From an uncultured Clostridia bacterium (GTDB taxonomy: Bacteria; Bacillota; Clostridia; Oscillospirales; Ruminococcaceae), in NCBI GenBank assembly GCA_944385925.1, contig CALWZE010000013.1, positions 29,699 through 93,698 on the forward strand: a stretch of 64,000 bases of DNA. Reading direction: 5' to 3'. A program made the translations under genes and the position numbers. This document shows, one piece after another, positions 48,022 to 57,017 of the stretch. Position 1 is the first letter of the stretch. Every line of letters starts with the position of its first letter. The notes beneath the pieces are model-generated. The model was not told where the DNA came from and did not search any database. It was given only the letters and a program-made list of their open reading frames with translations.

Positions 48022-49542
48022 ATGGCAAATCAAAAAAAGTTCAGCCGCACCGAATGGAGCTGGATTCTATACGACTGGGCAAACTCGGTTTACGCCACCA
48101 TTATCATGGCGGCAATCTTCCCCACCTACTTTGCGGCGGTTGCCCCGGAAGGGGACGTCTGGTGGGCCTGGGGCACCTCGATCGCGACCTTTGCCGTTGC
48201 GGTGCTTGCGCCGATTCTTGGAGCAATCGCAGACTACCACGGCATGAAAAAAAAGCTCTTTTCAGTTTTTCTTCTGATTGGCCTGGTATTCACCACATCG
48301 ATGGCAATCGCCGATAACTGGAGGCTTATCCTGGTCGGATATATTCTGAGCTATATCGGCTTTTCCGGTTCCTGTCTGTTCTACGACAGCTTCCTGACCG
48401 ACGTGACGACCCAGTCCAGAATGGACCGGGTTTCCGCTATGGGATACTCCATGGGATATATCGGGGGCAGTACCATTCCGTTCCTCATCTCCATTGCGCT
48501 GATTTCCTTCGTCTGGCCGGATAATCAGCCGCTTGCCGTAAAGGTTTCGGTTGTGCTGACCACCCTGTGGTGGGCGGTTTTCACCATTCCTTTCCTGAAA
48601 AACGTTTCACAGACCCACGATCTCGGCAAGATACCGAAGCACTTCCTCAAAGACACCTTCCGCAACATTGTGCATACCTTTTTGAGTATCGTCAAGCAAA
48701 AGGCGCTTCTCTTTTTCGTCCTTGCCTATTTCTTCTATATTGACGGCGTCGGCACGGTAATCCACATGTCCACCGCTTATGGGACGACCCTTGGGCTGGA
48801 CACCACCGGCATGATCGTTGCCCTGATGGTGACGCAGGTTGTTGCGGCCCCCTGTTCGGTCCTGTTTGCCAAAATTGCGGACAAGATCGGCTCGATCAAA
48901 ATGCTCAGCATTGCGGTCGGCGTTTACTTTATTATCTGCACCGTCGGCTTTTATATGGGCTATTCACTGGAACCGTCCCAGATTTCTTCCGAGGCTGCAT
49001 TTACCGCCGCTTACAGCGAAGCCGCTCCTTCCCAGGATGCCGACGCGCTGCTGCAAAGCTGTCTTGCCAAATTGAACAGCGCTGAGCGGGAGACCGAGAT
49101 CCCCGCGCTGATAGACAATGCCGGCCTTTCTTCCTCGGAAGCCGACACACTTAAGCAGGCTGTTGCACCGGTTCTTGCTTCCATCACCGAACAGGGCGAG
49201 TACGATGCCGCGTTGCGCCGCAGCAACGTGCTTTTCTGGGCGATGGCTGTGCTCGTAGGCACCTGTCAGGGCGGAATTCAGGCATTGTCCCGCTCCTATT
49301 TCGGAAAGCTCGTCCCGCCGAACAAGTCCAACGAATATTTCGGTTTCTTCGATATTTTCGGCAAATTTGCCGCTGTTATGGGTCCCGCGCTTTACGCGCT
49401 GGTCAAAGGCTGGACCGGCCGGTCCTCTTATGGAATACTGAGCCTGATGCTGCTGTTCCTGGTCGGCGCGCTGATGCTTTTCCTCGGTCGCAAGCACTTC
49501 CGGATTGCCGAACAGCAGGTTTTGGATAATCCGGCAGATTAA
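48022..49542 (+). CDS. MFS transporter, UMF1 (Atg22-like) family
   Basis: WSWILYDWANSVYAT N-terminal signature and 12 TM segments with a long central loop. The ATG at 48022 is preferred (7 nt after AAGGG); 48016 is an alternative. Confidence 0.85.
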   Translation: MANQKKFSRTEWSWILYDWANSVYATIIMAAIFPTYFAAVAPEGDVWWAWGTSIATFAVAVLAPILGAIADYHGMKKKLFSVFLLIGLVFTTSMAIADNWRLILVGYILSYIGFSGSCLFYDSFLTDVTTQSRMDRVSAMGYSMGYIGGSTIPFLISIALISFVWPDNQPLAVKVSVVLTTLWWAVFTIPFLKNVSQTHDLGKIPKHFLKDTFRNIVHTFLSIVKQKALLFFVLAYFFYIDGVGTVIHMSTAYGTTLGLDTTGMIVALMVTQVVAAPCSVLFAKIADKIGSIKMLSIAVGVYFIICTVGFYMGYSLEPSQISSEAAFTAAYSEAAPSQDADALLQSCLAKLNSAERETEIPALIDNAGLSSSEADTLKQAVAPVLASITEQGEYDAALRRSNVLFWAMAVLVGTCQGGIQALSRSYFGKLVPPNKSNEYFGFFDIFGKFAAVMGPALYALVKGWTGRSSYGILSLMLLFLVGALMLFLGRKHFRIAEQQVLDNPAD

Positions 49543-49561
49543 TCATACAGGAGAAATTGCT

Positions 49562-49960
49562 TTGAAACAGTTTATACCTTTTGTCCTTCTCTATTTTATC
49601 TGGGATTTTGTCAGTGCGCTTTTGTCGGTCGAAGGACCTTTTGAATTGGTTCACTGGCTCATGCTCGTTATGACCATCATTTTTGCAGTTTTGCTGGTAA
49701 TCACCGGAAAAGAGGCCATCGCAGACTCCAAACGCAAAAAAGAAGAACGCGAAAAAGAGCTGGAAAAGCAGCGGCTTGAGCAGGCTGCCCGCCGCCGCGC
49801 GATTTATCTCGCCGATTTTGAAGACGCAGAGGAGGATACCCAGCCGGCGACCGTATCGGAAGAACCGGAAAATGAAGAGGAATTGGAAGAATCCCCGGTT
49901 TCGGACAATTCTGAACCGGCGCCGGAAGCTGCCGATCCAGTCGAAGAAGAAAAATCATAA
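49562..49960 (+). CDS. Small 2-TM protein with a charged coiled segment and acidic tail (hypothetical)
   Basis: TTG at 49562 lies 7 nt after AGGAGA. A strong terminator follows immediately downstream. No family recognised. Confidence 0.45.
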   Translation: MKQFIPFVLLYFIWDFVSALLSVEGPFELVHWLMLVMTIIFAVLLVITGKEAIADSKRKKEEREKELEKQRLEQAARRRAIYLADFEDAEEDTQPATVSEEPENEEELEESPVSDNSEPAPEAADPVEEEKS

Positions 49961-49970
49961 AAGCATTTTC

Positions 49971-50003
49971 AGGACGCGCGAAGTAATTCGCGCGTCCTTT
50001 TTA
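49971..50003 (+). terminator. Intrinsic terminator
   Basis: 12-bp stem aggacgcgcgaa / ttcgcgcgtcct with loop gtaa, followed by TTTTT. Confidence 0.85.
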
Positions 50004-50159
50004 TACTCTACGAAAATCCACGCCAGGCAAACACCCGGACAGCCTCTGCCCTTTCTCTCCGGATTTCGCCGCTTGCTTTGGCAACGCAAAGTTTCCATAT
50101 ACTCCCTGATTAACCCTGTATGTCGCATGGGAATACTATACTCACAAGGAGGTATTCTC

Positions 50160-50402
50160 ATGGAATATTGGTTTAACCGGCCGGAATCGGCACAGGACGC
50201 TGACCTTGAAGAGGTCACCCGGCATGAGCTTTACGGATATGACAGTGAAGACTTTATTCCGGAAATGCAGACAGAGGAGGAATATGCAGGCAAAACGGCT
50301 CCTCCCGGAAGTCTTGTGACCGGGCGTGAAATACGTGCGAACGGCATTAACGATCAGGATGTCCGCAAACTTCGCGAATGGAGCGAAGAAAACCGGCTGT
50401 AA
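50160..50402 (+). CDS. Hypothetical acidic 80-aa protein
   Basis: ATG lies 7 nt after a perfect AAGGAGG. It is the in-frame 3' part of the 208-aa track ORF. No family recognised. Confidence 0.5.
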   Translation: MEYWFNRPESAQDADLEEVTRHELYGYDSEDFIPEMQTEEEYAGKTAPPGSLVTGREIRANGINDQDVRKLREWSEENRL

Positions 50403-50467
50403 TTGTAATTTCAGCACAAGCGCGTCGTTAGCTTCCTGTTTCTTTTTCCCAAGACAACAAATCCTCT

Positions 50468-50503
50468 GCGCCGCCTTTTTCACAAAACAGAAAAAGGCGG
50501 CGC
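50468..50503. other. 13-bp symmetric hairpin
   Basis: gcgccgccttttt-cacaaaacag-aaaaaggcggcgc. The A/T runs lie inside the stem, so it can act in either direction. Confidence 0.5.
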
Positions 50504-51043
50504 TATCTATGCATAAGCAGGGGTGCAAGGCGACGCACGGCTGACCTTCGTCTTTTGCGCAAGCCGCCAAAAAGGATTGTCAGGATTATTCGCAAGCTTG
50601 CCGGTTCCTGCAAGACAAGCTTATTTGCTGCAAAGTTCTTTTTTTTTGGGGCCCAGCGAACTTTTTAAAAATCTCCTCCTCTTTTCAGGCACTCATGTCT
50701 GCGCAGCAAGAGACCTTCGGCAAGCTAACGCATCTAAATCCGACTTTCACATGCTTTTCTCAAAACAGCAATTTCAGCTTAGCGGCATTTGTTTTTTCGG
50801 CGCTCCCATAGTCAAGCACAGGAAAGGCTTAATACCGGTAAAATTTTCCAATCGGTGCTGAAAAATCTTTCGCTTTCATCACCTCACCTGCTACCCGTAA
50901 AAGCGATGCCCCTTCTTCAACCTGATTTAGACCATCTTGTTTTTCGTTGTTTTTTATATTTCACTTTGACCCAAGCTTATATCTGAAGTTTTTTCACGTC
51001 CAAACTTTGTCGGGGCTGTCTTTGTGCATAAACAAATAAAACG

Positions 51044-51085
51044 GCGGGGCCGGGAAACAGATACCTTTCTGTTTCCCGGCCCCGC
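51044..51085 (-). terminator. Intrinsic terminator after rarA
   Basis: 17-bp perfect stem gcggggccgggaaacag / ctgtttcccggccccgc followed by CGTTTTATTTGTTT on the minus strand. Confidence 0.75.
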
Positions 51086-51157
51086 TGCGATTAAAAAATA
51101 TACTTTTTCAACCGAATACGTTCGGTCACAGCAACGAACTTACGGGAAAAAGCCGCA

Positions 51158-52438
51158 TTATTCCTTCGGCTTTTTCCCTTTAATAGCCTCCCAATATGCT
51201 TTGGCTGCCTGTTCGGTCTTGTTTTCGCCGTATTCGTAGTAGACCCGCCCGATGAGAGCGTCCGGCATATATTGCTGTTCTACCCAGTGGTTGGGATAAT
51301 CATGCGCGTATTTATAATCCAGACCTCGTCCCAACTTGGAAGCTCCGGAATAACCGGTGCCTTTGAGATGCTGCGGAACATCGCTGAACTTGCCCGCCTC
51401 CACGTCTGCCATCGCCCGATTGATCCCCATATAGGAGGCGTTGCTTTTCGGCGCGGTCGCAAGCAGTACGGCGGCCTGCGCAAGCGGAATGCGCGCCTCC
51501 GGCAATCCCAGCTGCAAAGCGGAATCCACACAGCTTTTCACAATGGACACCGCCATCGGATAGGCAAGGCCGACGTCCTCGCTTGCAATAACAAGCAGCC
51601 GGCGGCAGGGAGAAATCAGGTCTCCCGCAACAAGCAGCCGCGCAAGATAATGCAGCGCCGCGTCCGGATCACTGCCGCGAACGGATTTCTGCAAACCGGA
51701 CAGCAGGTCGTAGTGCGCGTCGTCCTCCCGGTCATAGCGCGCCGCCGAGCGGCTGGTAACCTGTTTTGCCGCGTCCAATTCAATTGTTTTTACGCCGTCA
51801 TGCACGGCCGCGGCCGCCGAAAGCAGATCTACCGCATTGAGCGCCTTGCGCACATCACCGCCCGCAGACAGCGCCAAATGCTGCCGCGTCTGCTCATCCA
51901 CAGCATACTCCACCCCTTCGCTTTGGGAAAGCAGTGCGAACGCACGGTCTACAGCACGCCGGACGTCTTCGCTTTCCAGAGGCTTGAACTCGAAAACGGT
52001 GCAGCGCGACAGCAGCGCGTTGTATACATAAAAGTAGGGATTTTCGGTTGTGCTGGCAATCAGCGTGATCGAACCGTCTTCCACGGTTTCCAAAAGAGAT
52101 TGCTGCTGTTTTTTATTAAAGTACTGGATCTCGTCCAGATACAGCAATACGCCGCCCGCGCCGGTGAGGGTGCCGACGCCGGCAATGACTTCTTTTATAT
52201 CCGCGGTCGATGCCGAAGTGCCGTTAAGCTTGTAAAGCGACATGCCGCTGCGCTCCGCAATGATCCGCGCTACCGTCGTTTTTCCAACGCCGGACGGGCC
52301 GTAAAAAATCATGTTCGGGATCGTTCCCTTGTCGAGCATATCCCGAAACACCCGGCCCTTCTCCAGAAGATGCCGCTGACCGAAAACCTCGTCGAGCCCG
52401 GTCGGCCGCAGCAGCTGCGCAAGAGGCGTCCTCGCCAT
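51158..52438 (-). CDS. rarA: Replication-associated recombination protein A (AAA+ ATPase)
   Basis: RPTGLDEVFGQRHL and Walker A GPSGVGKTT, with a MgsA C-terminal domain. AGGAGGG RBS. Confidence 0.93.
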   Translation of the reverse strand: MARTPLAQLLRPTGLDEVFGQRHLLEKGRVFRDMLDKGTIPNMIFYGPSGVGKTTVARIIAERSGMSLYKLNGTSASTADIKEVIAGVGTLTGAGGVLLYLDEIQYFNKKQQQSLLETVEDGSITLIASTTENPYFYVYNALLSRCTVFEFKPLESEDVRRAVDRAFALLSQSEGVEYAVDEQTRQHLALSAGGDVRKALNAVDLLSAAAAVHDGVKTIELDAAKQVTSRSAARYDREDDAHYDLLSGLQKSVRGSDPDAALHYLARLLVAGDLISPCRRLLVIASEDVGLAYPMAVSIVKSCVDSALQLGLPEARIPLAQAAVLLATAPKSNASYMGINRAMADVEAGKFSDVPQHLKGTGYSGASKLGRGLDYKYAHDYPNHWVEQQYMPDALIGRVYYEYGENKTEQAAKAYWEAIKGKKPKE

Positions 52439-52588
52439 CGGGCTTCCCTCCTTTTTGTGCTTTTAGTCACTGAAATTATAGCAAATGCGAACATATATTC
52501 CAAGCGCTATTTACTTTTTCCGCCGTATCGTGCAGAATAATAGCAAAACAGGCCGTGGTCTGCGGCCAGGCAGGAAGGCGTGGTAGAT

Positions 52589-53218
52589 ATGACGAAAAAA
52601 GAAAGGGCTGCCAAAATCGTCGACGCTCTGGAAAAAGAATATCCGCTTGCGGAATGCACACTGGATTATGACGAGGCTTGGAAATTGCTGGTCTCGGTTC
52701 GGCTCGCGGCACAATGCACCGACGCCCGGGTCAATATCGTGACGCAGGATCTGTTCGCAAAATATCCCTCCCCGCAGGCGCTCGCAGACGCCGGCGCCGA
52801 CAAGATCGAGGAGATCGTCCGTCCCTGCGGACTTGGCGCTTCCAAGGCACGGGACATTGCCAAATCCATGCGCATGTTGGTGGATGAGTATGGCGGCCGT
52901 GTTCCGGATGAGATCGACGAACTGCTCAAACTGCCGGGCGTCGGCCGCAAGTCCGCCAACCTGATCGTCGGCGACGTATACGGCAAACCCGCCGTCGTTT
53001 GCGACACCCACTGCATCCGGCTGTGCGGTCGTTTCGGGCTGACCGACAGCACCAATCCGAACGTTGTCAAAAACCAGCTTCGCGCTATTCTGCCGATGGA
53101 TCGTGCCAATGATTTTTGCCATCGGCTGGTCCTGCATGGCCGCGCTGTCTGCACTGCGCGGGGTTATCAATGCGACAAATGCTGTTTAACCGAATTGTGT
53201 GAAAACGCCTTTAAATAA
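52589..53218 (+). CDS. nth: Endonuclease III
   Basis: HhH-GPD motif (LLKLPGVGRKSANLI), catalytic K/D context, and a C-terminal 4Fe-4S cluster C-x6-C-x2-C-x5-C. Confidence 0.92.
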   Translation: MTKKERAAKIVDALEKEYPLAECTLDYDEAWKLLVSVRLAAQCTDARVNIVTQDLFAKYPSPQALADAGADKIEEIVRPCGLGASKARDIAKSMRMLVDEYGGRVPDEIDELLKLPGVGRKSANLIVGDVYGKPAVVCDTHCIRLCGRFGLTDSTNPNVVKNQLRAILPMDRANDFCHRLVLHGRAVCTARGYQCDKCCLTELCENAFK

Positions 53219-53550
53219 AAGGTCGTAATTTTCTGCGCTGCATCGCCGTTCTCCGCACTCACTTGACCAGCGCGCGCCGCAAAAGCGTTCGCTCATGCCG
53301 ATACAGATTCACCGCAAAACTCTGTTTGCCGTTTTCCTCTAATGCTGAATCTTCACTTGTTGTATCTCTTTCCAGGCTATGGATTCCGGTGCGCAGGCTC
53401 ACGCTCGTCCAATCGGCACCGGCTGCAATCCCGCATGACATCCGGCAAAAGCTTTGTAAATTGAGAGGCGCTTGCAATCCGAAACACAACGGCCGCCTGC
53501 CGGGGGTGACAGGCGGCAAACTCGTCCGATGAAAGATTAAGAATCTCTGA

Positions 53551-53579
53551 TTGACAAAACCCTTTTCGGGGTGTATGAT
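53551..53579 (+). promoter_or_regulatory. Sigma-A promoter of the TPP riboswitch-thiT unit
   Basis: TTGACA, 17-nt spacer, TATGAT. It lies about 10 nt upstream of the riboswitch P1 helix. Confidence 0.6.
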
Positions 53580-53589
53580 ATTTTCGCAA

Positions 53590-53675
53590 AACACAGGGGC
53601 GCCGAAAGGCTGAGATAGACAAGCATGTCTGGTCCCTTCGAACCTGAACCGGATAATGCCGGCGTAGGAAGTGTT
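53590..53675 (+). promoter_or_regulatory. TPP (thiamine pyrophosphate, THI-box) riboswitch
   Basis: AACACAGGGGCGCC...GGCUGAGA...ACCCUUCGAACCUGAACCGGAUAAUGCCGGCGUAGGAAGUGUU. The conserved CUGAGA, ACCUGA and GGAUAAUGCC-GCG blocks are present, with an AACAC/GUGUU P1 helix. Confidence 0.88.
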
Positions 53676-53703
53676 GAAAGCCTGTTTTTCAACCCCGAGG
53701 TAC

Positions 53704-53747
53704 GTCTGAATTGTCCGCTTGAGGACAATCTCAGGCGTTTTTGTTTT
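53704..53747 (+). terminator. Riboswitch expression-platform terminator
   Basis: Hairpin gtctgaattgtcc-gcttga-ggacaatctcaggc followed by TTTTTGTTTT, 34 nt before the thiT ATG. Confidence 0.65.
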
Positions 53748-53780
53748 GCGCAAAAACATAGAATTGAGGGAGTACACAAA

Positions 53781-54347
53781 ATGAACACACAACTGTCAAA
53801 GACCCGGATCCTGGCGGAGGGCGCAATCATGATCGCGCTCGGCACCGTGCTGTCCCTGTTTAAGCCCATCGATATGCCGATGGGCGGCGGCGTCACCATC
53901 TGCGCGATGCTTCCGCTCACCTTTTTCTCCTATCGTCACGGCCTGAAGTGGGGCGTATTCACCGCCTTCGTTTTCAGTGTTTTGCAGCTGCTGCTCGGCA
54001 TGGACAACGTGCAGTATGCGACAAGCGCGCTGATGGCTCTGGGCATCATTCTTTTCGACTATATCGTCGCATATACCGTCATCGGACTTGCCGGCATGTT
54101 CAAGGGAAAATTTGGCAAACCCGCGCTTGAAATCGTTGTCGGCACCGTTGTGGTAATGATCCTGCGTTTCCTGTGCCATTTCCTGACCGGCTGGGTGATC
54201 TGGGACGCGCTGTGGCCCAACGAATTCGGCCTTGCCGCGCCGATTTATTCTCTGTATTATAACGGCTCCTACATGCTGGTTGAAGCCATCATCACCTCGA
54301 TTGCAGGGGCATTGCTTGTGCGGCTTGCGGACTACGGCAAGAACTGA
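53781..54347 (+). CDS. thiT: ECF transporter S component for thiamine
   Basis: 188 aa with 6 TM segments. N-terminus TRILAEGAIMIALGTVLS. It lies downstream of the TPP riboswitch, and the ATG follows GAGGGAG. Confidence 0.85.
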   Translation: MNTQLSKTRILAEGAIMIALGTVLSLFKPIDMPMGGGVTICAMLPLTFFSYRHGLKWGVFTAFVFSVLQLLLGMDNVQYATSALMALGIILFDYIVAYTVIGLAGMFKGKFGKPALEIVVGTVVVMILRFLCHFLTGWVIWDALWPNEFGLAAPIYSLYYNGSYMLVEAIITSIAGALLVRLADYGKN

Positions 54348-56592
54348 TAATCTGAATCTCCGAATCAATTGCGGCGACGCCAATGCGTTCGCCGCTTTTG
54401 ATTTTTCCGGACAGAATCAACTCGCTGATCGGATTTTCGATCAGCCGGGTCACACGCCGGCGCAAAGGCCGCGCGCCGAACCGTTCGGTAAGTTCCGTAT
54501 CGGCAATCACCGACGCAACCTGCGGCGCAACTTCCGGCTTAAATCCCATTGCCCGCAGCCGGGCGCACAGGCGGTCCAACAGCAAATCGGCAATACGCTC
54601 GGTCTCTTTTCGACCCAATCGGTTAAAAATCACCGTCTCGTCAATTCTGTTCAGGAATTCAGGGCTGAAAAAGCTTTTGAGCTCTCCCTGTACCAATTCC
54701 TGCAGCTTTTCCCGGCTGCCGGCGCGCGCAGCAAACCCCAGCGGCTCCGAGTTGTCGGCAATATGCTTGGCCCCAAGATTCGTGGTAAACACGATCACAC
54801 AGTTGGAAAAACCCACCTTGTTCCGGCACCCGTCGGTCAGGCATCCCTCTTCAAGCACCTGCAGCATCAGATTAAAGAATTCCGGACACGCCTTTTCCGC
54901 CTCGTCAAAAAGCACAAGACTGTACGGCCGCTTGCGCACCGCGTCGGTGAGCTGACCGCCTTCCCCATGGCCAACGTAACCCGGCGCGGCTCCGACCAGC
55001 CGGCTGAGGGTTGACTTATCCATATATTCGCTCATATCAAAGCGCAAAAGGCTCTGCTCGCTTCCGAAAAGTTCTGCGGCAAGCGCCCGGCACACCTCTG
55101 TTTTCCCAACGCCGGTCGGCCCGCAGAAAAGGAAACTGCCGGACGGACGGTTTTCCTCCTTCAGGCCGGTGCGCGCACGCTTTACCGCCGCGCACACCGC
55201 CGCCACCGCCGCGTCCTGACCGATCACACGCCGCCGCAGGATCTCGTCCAGCGCGCGCAGCCGGCTGCTTTCGGATTCGCTGAGCTGCGCTGCCGGAATT
55301 CCGGTCCAGTTCGAGACGGTCCGCGCCACGTCCCGTTCACCGACGATCAGGGAACGCGCTCCCTTTGATCCGCATAGGCCAAGTCTTTTATTTGCAGCCG
55401 TTTCGTCCAGCAGGTCAAGCGCTTTATCCGGTAAATACCGGTCGGGGACATACCTTCTGGAAAGTTCAACCGCCGCGTCCCTTGCCGCCGGCGCGATGCG
55501 TACCCCATGGTGTCTTTCCAGACGCGTGATCTGGGATTCAAGAATTTTCTTTGCCTGCGCCGGGGTCGGTTCATTGACTTCCAGTCGGGTAAACCGCCGC
55601 GCGAAGGCCTTATCCTTCTCGATATGCTTGGCATATTCCTGCGCGGTGGTCGCGCCGATCACCCAAAGGCCGCGGTCGGTCAGCATCGGTTTCAGAATGT
55701 TGGAGGCGTCCACCGCGCCTTCGGCGGCGCCAGCGCCCATGAGCATATGCATCTCGTCGATGAAAACAATGATGTCCCCCGCACGCACAATTTCCGCGGA
55801 TACGGATTTGAACCTCTCTTCAAAGTCTCCGCGATACTTGGTTCCGGCAACCATCGACGCGATATCCAGCGACAGCAGGCGCTTGCCTTTGAGTTCCTGC
55901 GGCACGAGACCGCGCGCTATCCGCAGCGCCAATCCTTCTGCAACCGCCGTTTTCCCCACGCCCGGTTCGCCCACCAGACAAACGTTGTTCTTTTTGCGCC
56001 TTGCCAGAATCGCGATCATCCGCGCGATCTCCTCATCCCTGCAGATGACTTCGTCCAAGCGGTTTCCGGCTGCTTCGGCAGTAAGATCGACGGTGTATTT
56101 ATCCAGCGTTCTGGAACGCGAAGGACGGCGCTCGGTTTCATAGCTTTCAGCCTTTCTCTCCGGCCGTACTGCGCGGCAGTCGTTCCGTACCCCCCGTTCG
56201 TCCACGCCGCACAGCCGCAGCATCTCCATCACCAGTCGGTTTTCGCTGTGCAGCAGCGCGGCAAGCAGCTGCTCGGTTCCGACACAATTGTCTCCCAGCT
56301 TTGCTGAACATACCGAGGCATAATGCAGAATTCCTTCCAGTTCGGCAGAGAAATCCGCCTGGGTCAAACGGGTGGCGTCGCCGCGGCCAAGCAGCTGCGC
56401 AAGCGCGCCGCACAGATCCGGCTGGGCGCCGCAATGGCGGCACAGGATCGAAAATGCGTCGCACTCCGGCGTCTGGCCAATCGCCGCCAGCAGGTGTTCC
56501 GGCCCGACATTCAAGTGCCCAAGGCCCCCTGCCGTTCGAATTGCCGCAGCCACGACCTTATTGGACAGCTTGGAAAATCCCTTTCGATTCAT
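54292..56592 (-). CDS. Clp/Hsp100 AAA+ unfoldase, ClpA-type (two NBDs, no M-domain)
   Basis: Clp_N repeat, D1 Walker A GEPGVGKT, D2 Walker A GPTGVGKT, and a PLGF loop (ClpP-docking type). Only about 30 aa separate the end of D1 from the D2 TGIP motif. 766 aa. Confidence 0.9.
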   Translation of the reverse strand: MNRKGFSKLSNKVVAAAIRTAGGLGHLNVGPEHLLAAIGQTPECDAFSILCRHCGAQPDLCGALAQLLGRGDATRLTQADFSAELEGILHYASVCSAKLGDNCVGTEQLLAALLHSENRLVMEMLRLCGVDERGVRNDCRAVRPERKAESYETERRPSRSRTLDKYTVDLTAEAAGNRLDEVICRDEEIARMIAILARRKKNNVCLVGEPGVGKTAVAEGLALRIARGLVPQELKGKRLLSLDIASMVAGTKYRGDFEERFKSVSAEIVRAGDIIVFIDEMHMLMGAGAAEGAVDASNILKPMLTDRGLWVIGATTAQEYAKHIEKDKAFARRFTRLEVNEPTPAQAKKILESQITRLERHHGVRIAPAARDAAVELSRRYVPDRYLPDKALDLLDETAANKRLGLCGSKGARSLIVGERDVARTVSNWTGIPAAQLSESESSRLRALDEILRRRVIGQDAAVAAVCAAVKRARTGLKEENRPSGSFLFCGPTGVGKTEVCRALAAELFGSEQSLLRFDMSEYMDKSTLSRLVGAAPGYVGHGEGGQLTDAVRKRPYSLVLFDEAEKACPEFFNLMLQVLEEGCLTDGCRNKVGFSNCVIVFTTNLGAKHIADNSEPLGFAARAGSREKLQELVQGELKSFFSPEFLNRIDETVIFNRLGRKETERIADLLLDRLCARLRAMGFKPEVAPQVASVIADTELTERFGARPLRRRVTRLIENPISELILSGKIKSGERIGVAAIDSEIQIISSCRSPQAAQAMPLQSR

Positions 56593-56971
56593 TCTTACTA
56601 CCGCCTTTCGTTCGCAAAATCTCTACGCGGCTAGTATGGCCGGATATTCCGGCGGTAAACAGAAATCGAAGGTATTTTCCGGCAACGCACACAGCCAGGT
56701 CTCGGAAAATCCACTCCGGCAAGCAGTTTATGGAGATTTGGCAATCCGAAACAACAGCGCGCGTGTCGTCACGGTCGTGTGGTTTTCCATCCGGGCAGCG
56801 TTTGCTTTTCTGCGTTTTTTCTTTGCATTGGCCTAATCATTGCTTTTTCATCTTCCCGCCTGTTTGCGTGCCGTTTCATTAACTTTTTTATATTCATGTG
56901 CAATTTACGCGCCTGCATATCTGCCAAAGCTTTTTAACACATGCATGACTTTATCCGGCTTTTAAAATATA

Positions 56972-57006
56972 AAAAGGCGCCTTGGAAGATTTCCAAAGCG
57001 CCTTTT
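56972..57006 (-). terminator. Intrinsic terminator after the TSCPD gene
   Basis: 16-bp stem aaaaggcgctttggaa / ttccaaggcgcctttt (1 mismatch) followed by TTTTTATATTTT on the minus strand. Confidence 0.75.
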
Positions 57007-57017
57007 GCATGAATCGT

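Noticed and set aside
50829-50879. 16-codon ORF (MKAKDFSAPIGKFYRY) preceded by AGGTGAGGTG inside the 540-bp ORF-free gap.
   Set aside because: The SD-like tract abuts the ATG with almost no spacer. The peptide has no leader-peptide codon bias, and there is no downstream gene to regulate.
51144-51178. 12-bp hairpin gggaaaaagccg / cggctttttccc spanning the rarA stop codon.
   Set aside because: It is probably just a first terminator-like element formed by the lysine-rich C-terminal codons. The strong 17-bp terminator 70 nt downstream is sufficient, so it is not reported as a separate feature.
56769-56897. 42-codon, highly basic ORF (MNIKKLMKRHANRRED...) in the 425-nt region upstream of the Clp ATPase gene.
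   Set aside because: There is no Shine-Dalgarno sequence upstream of the ATG, and the composition is what an A-rich leader would give by chance.
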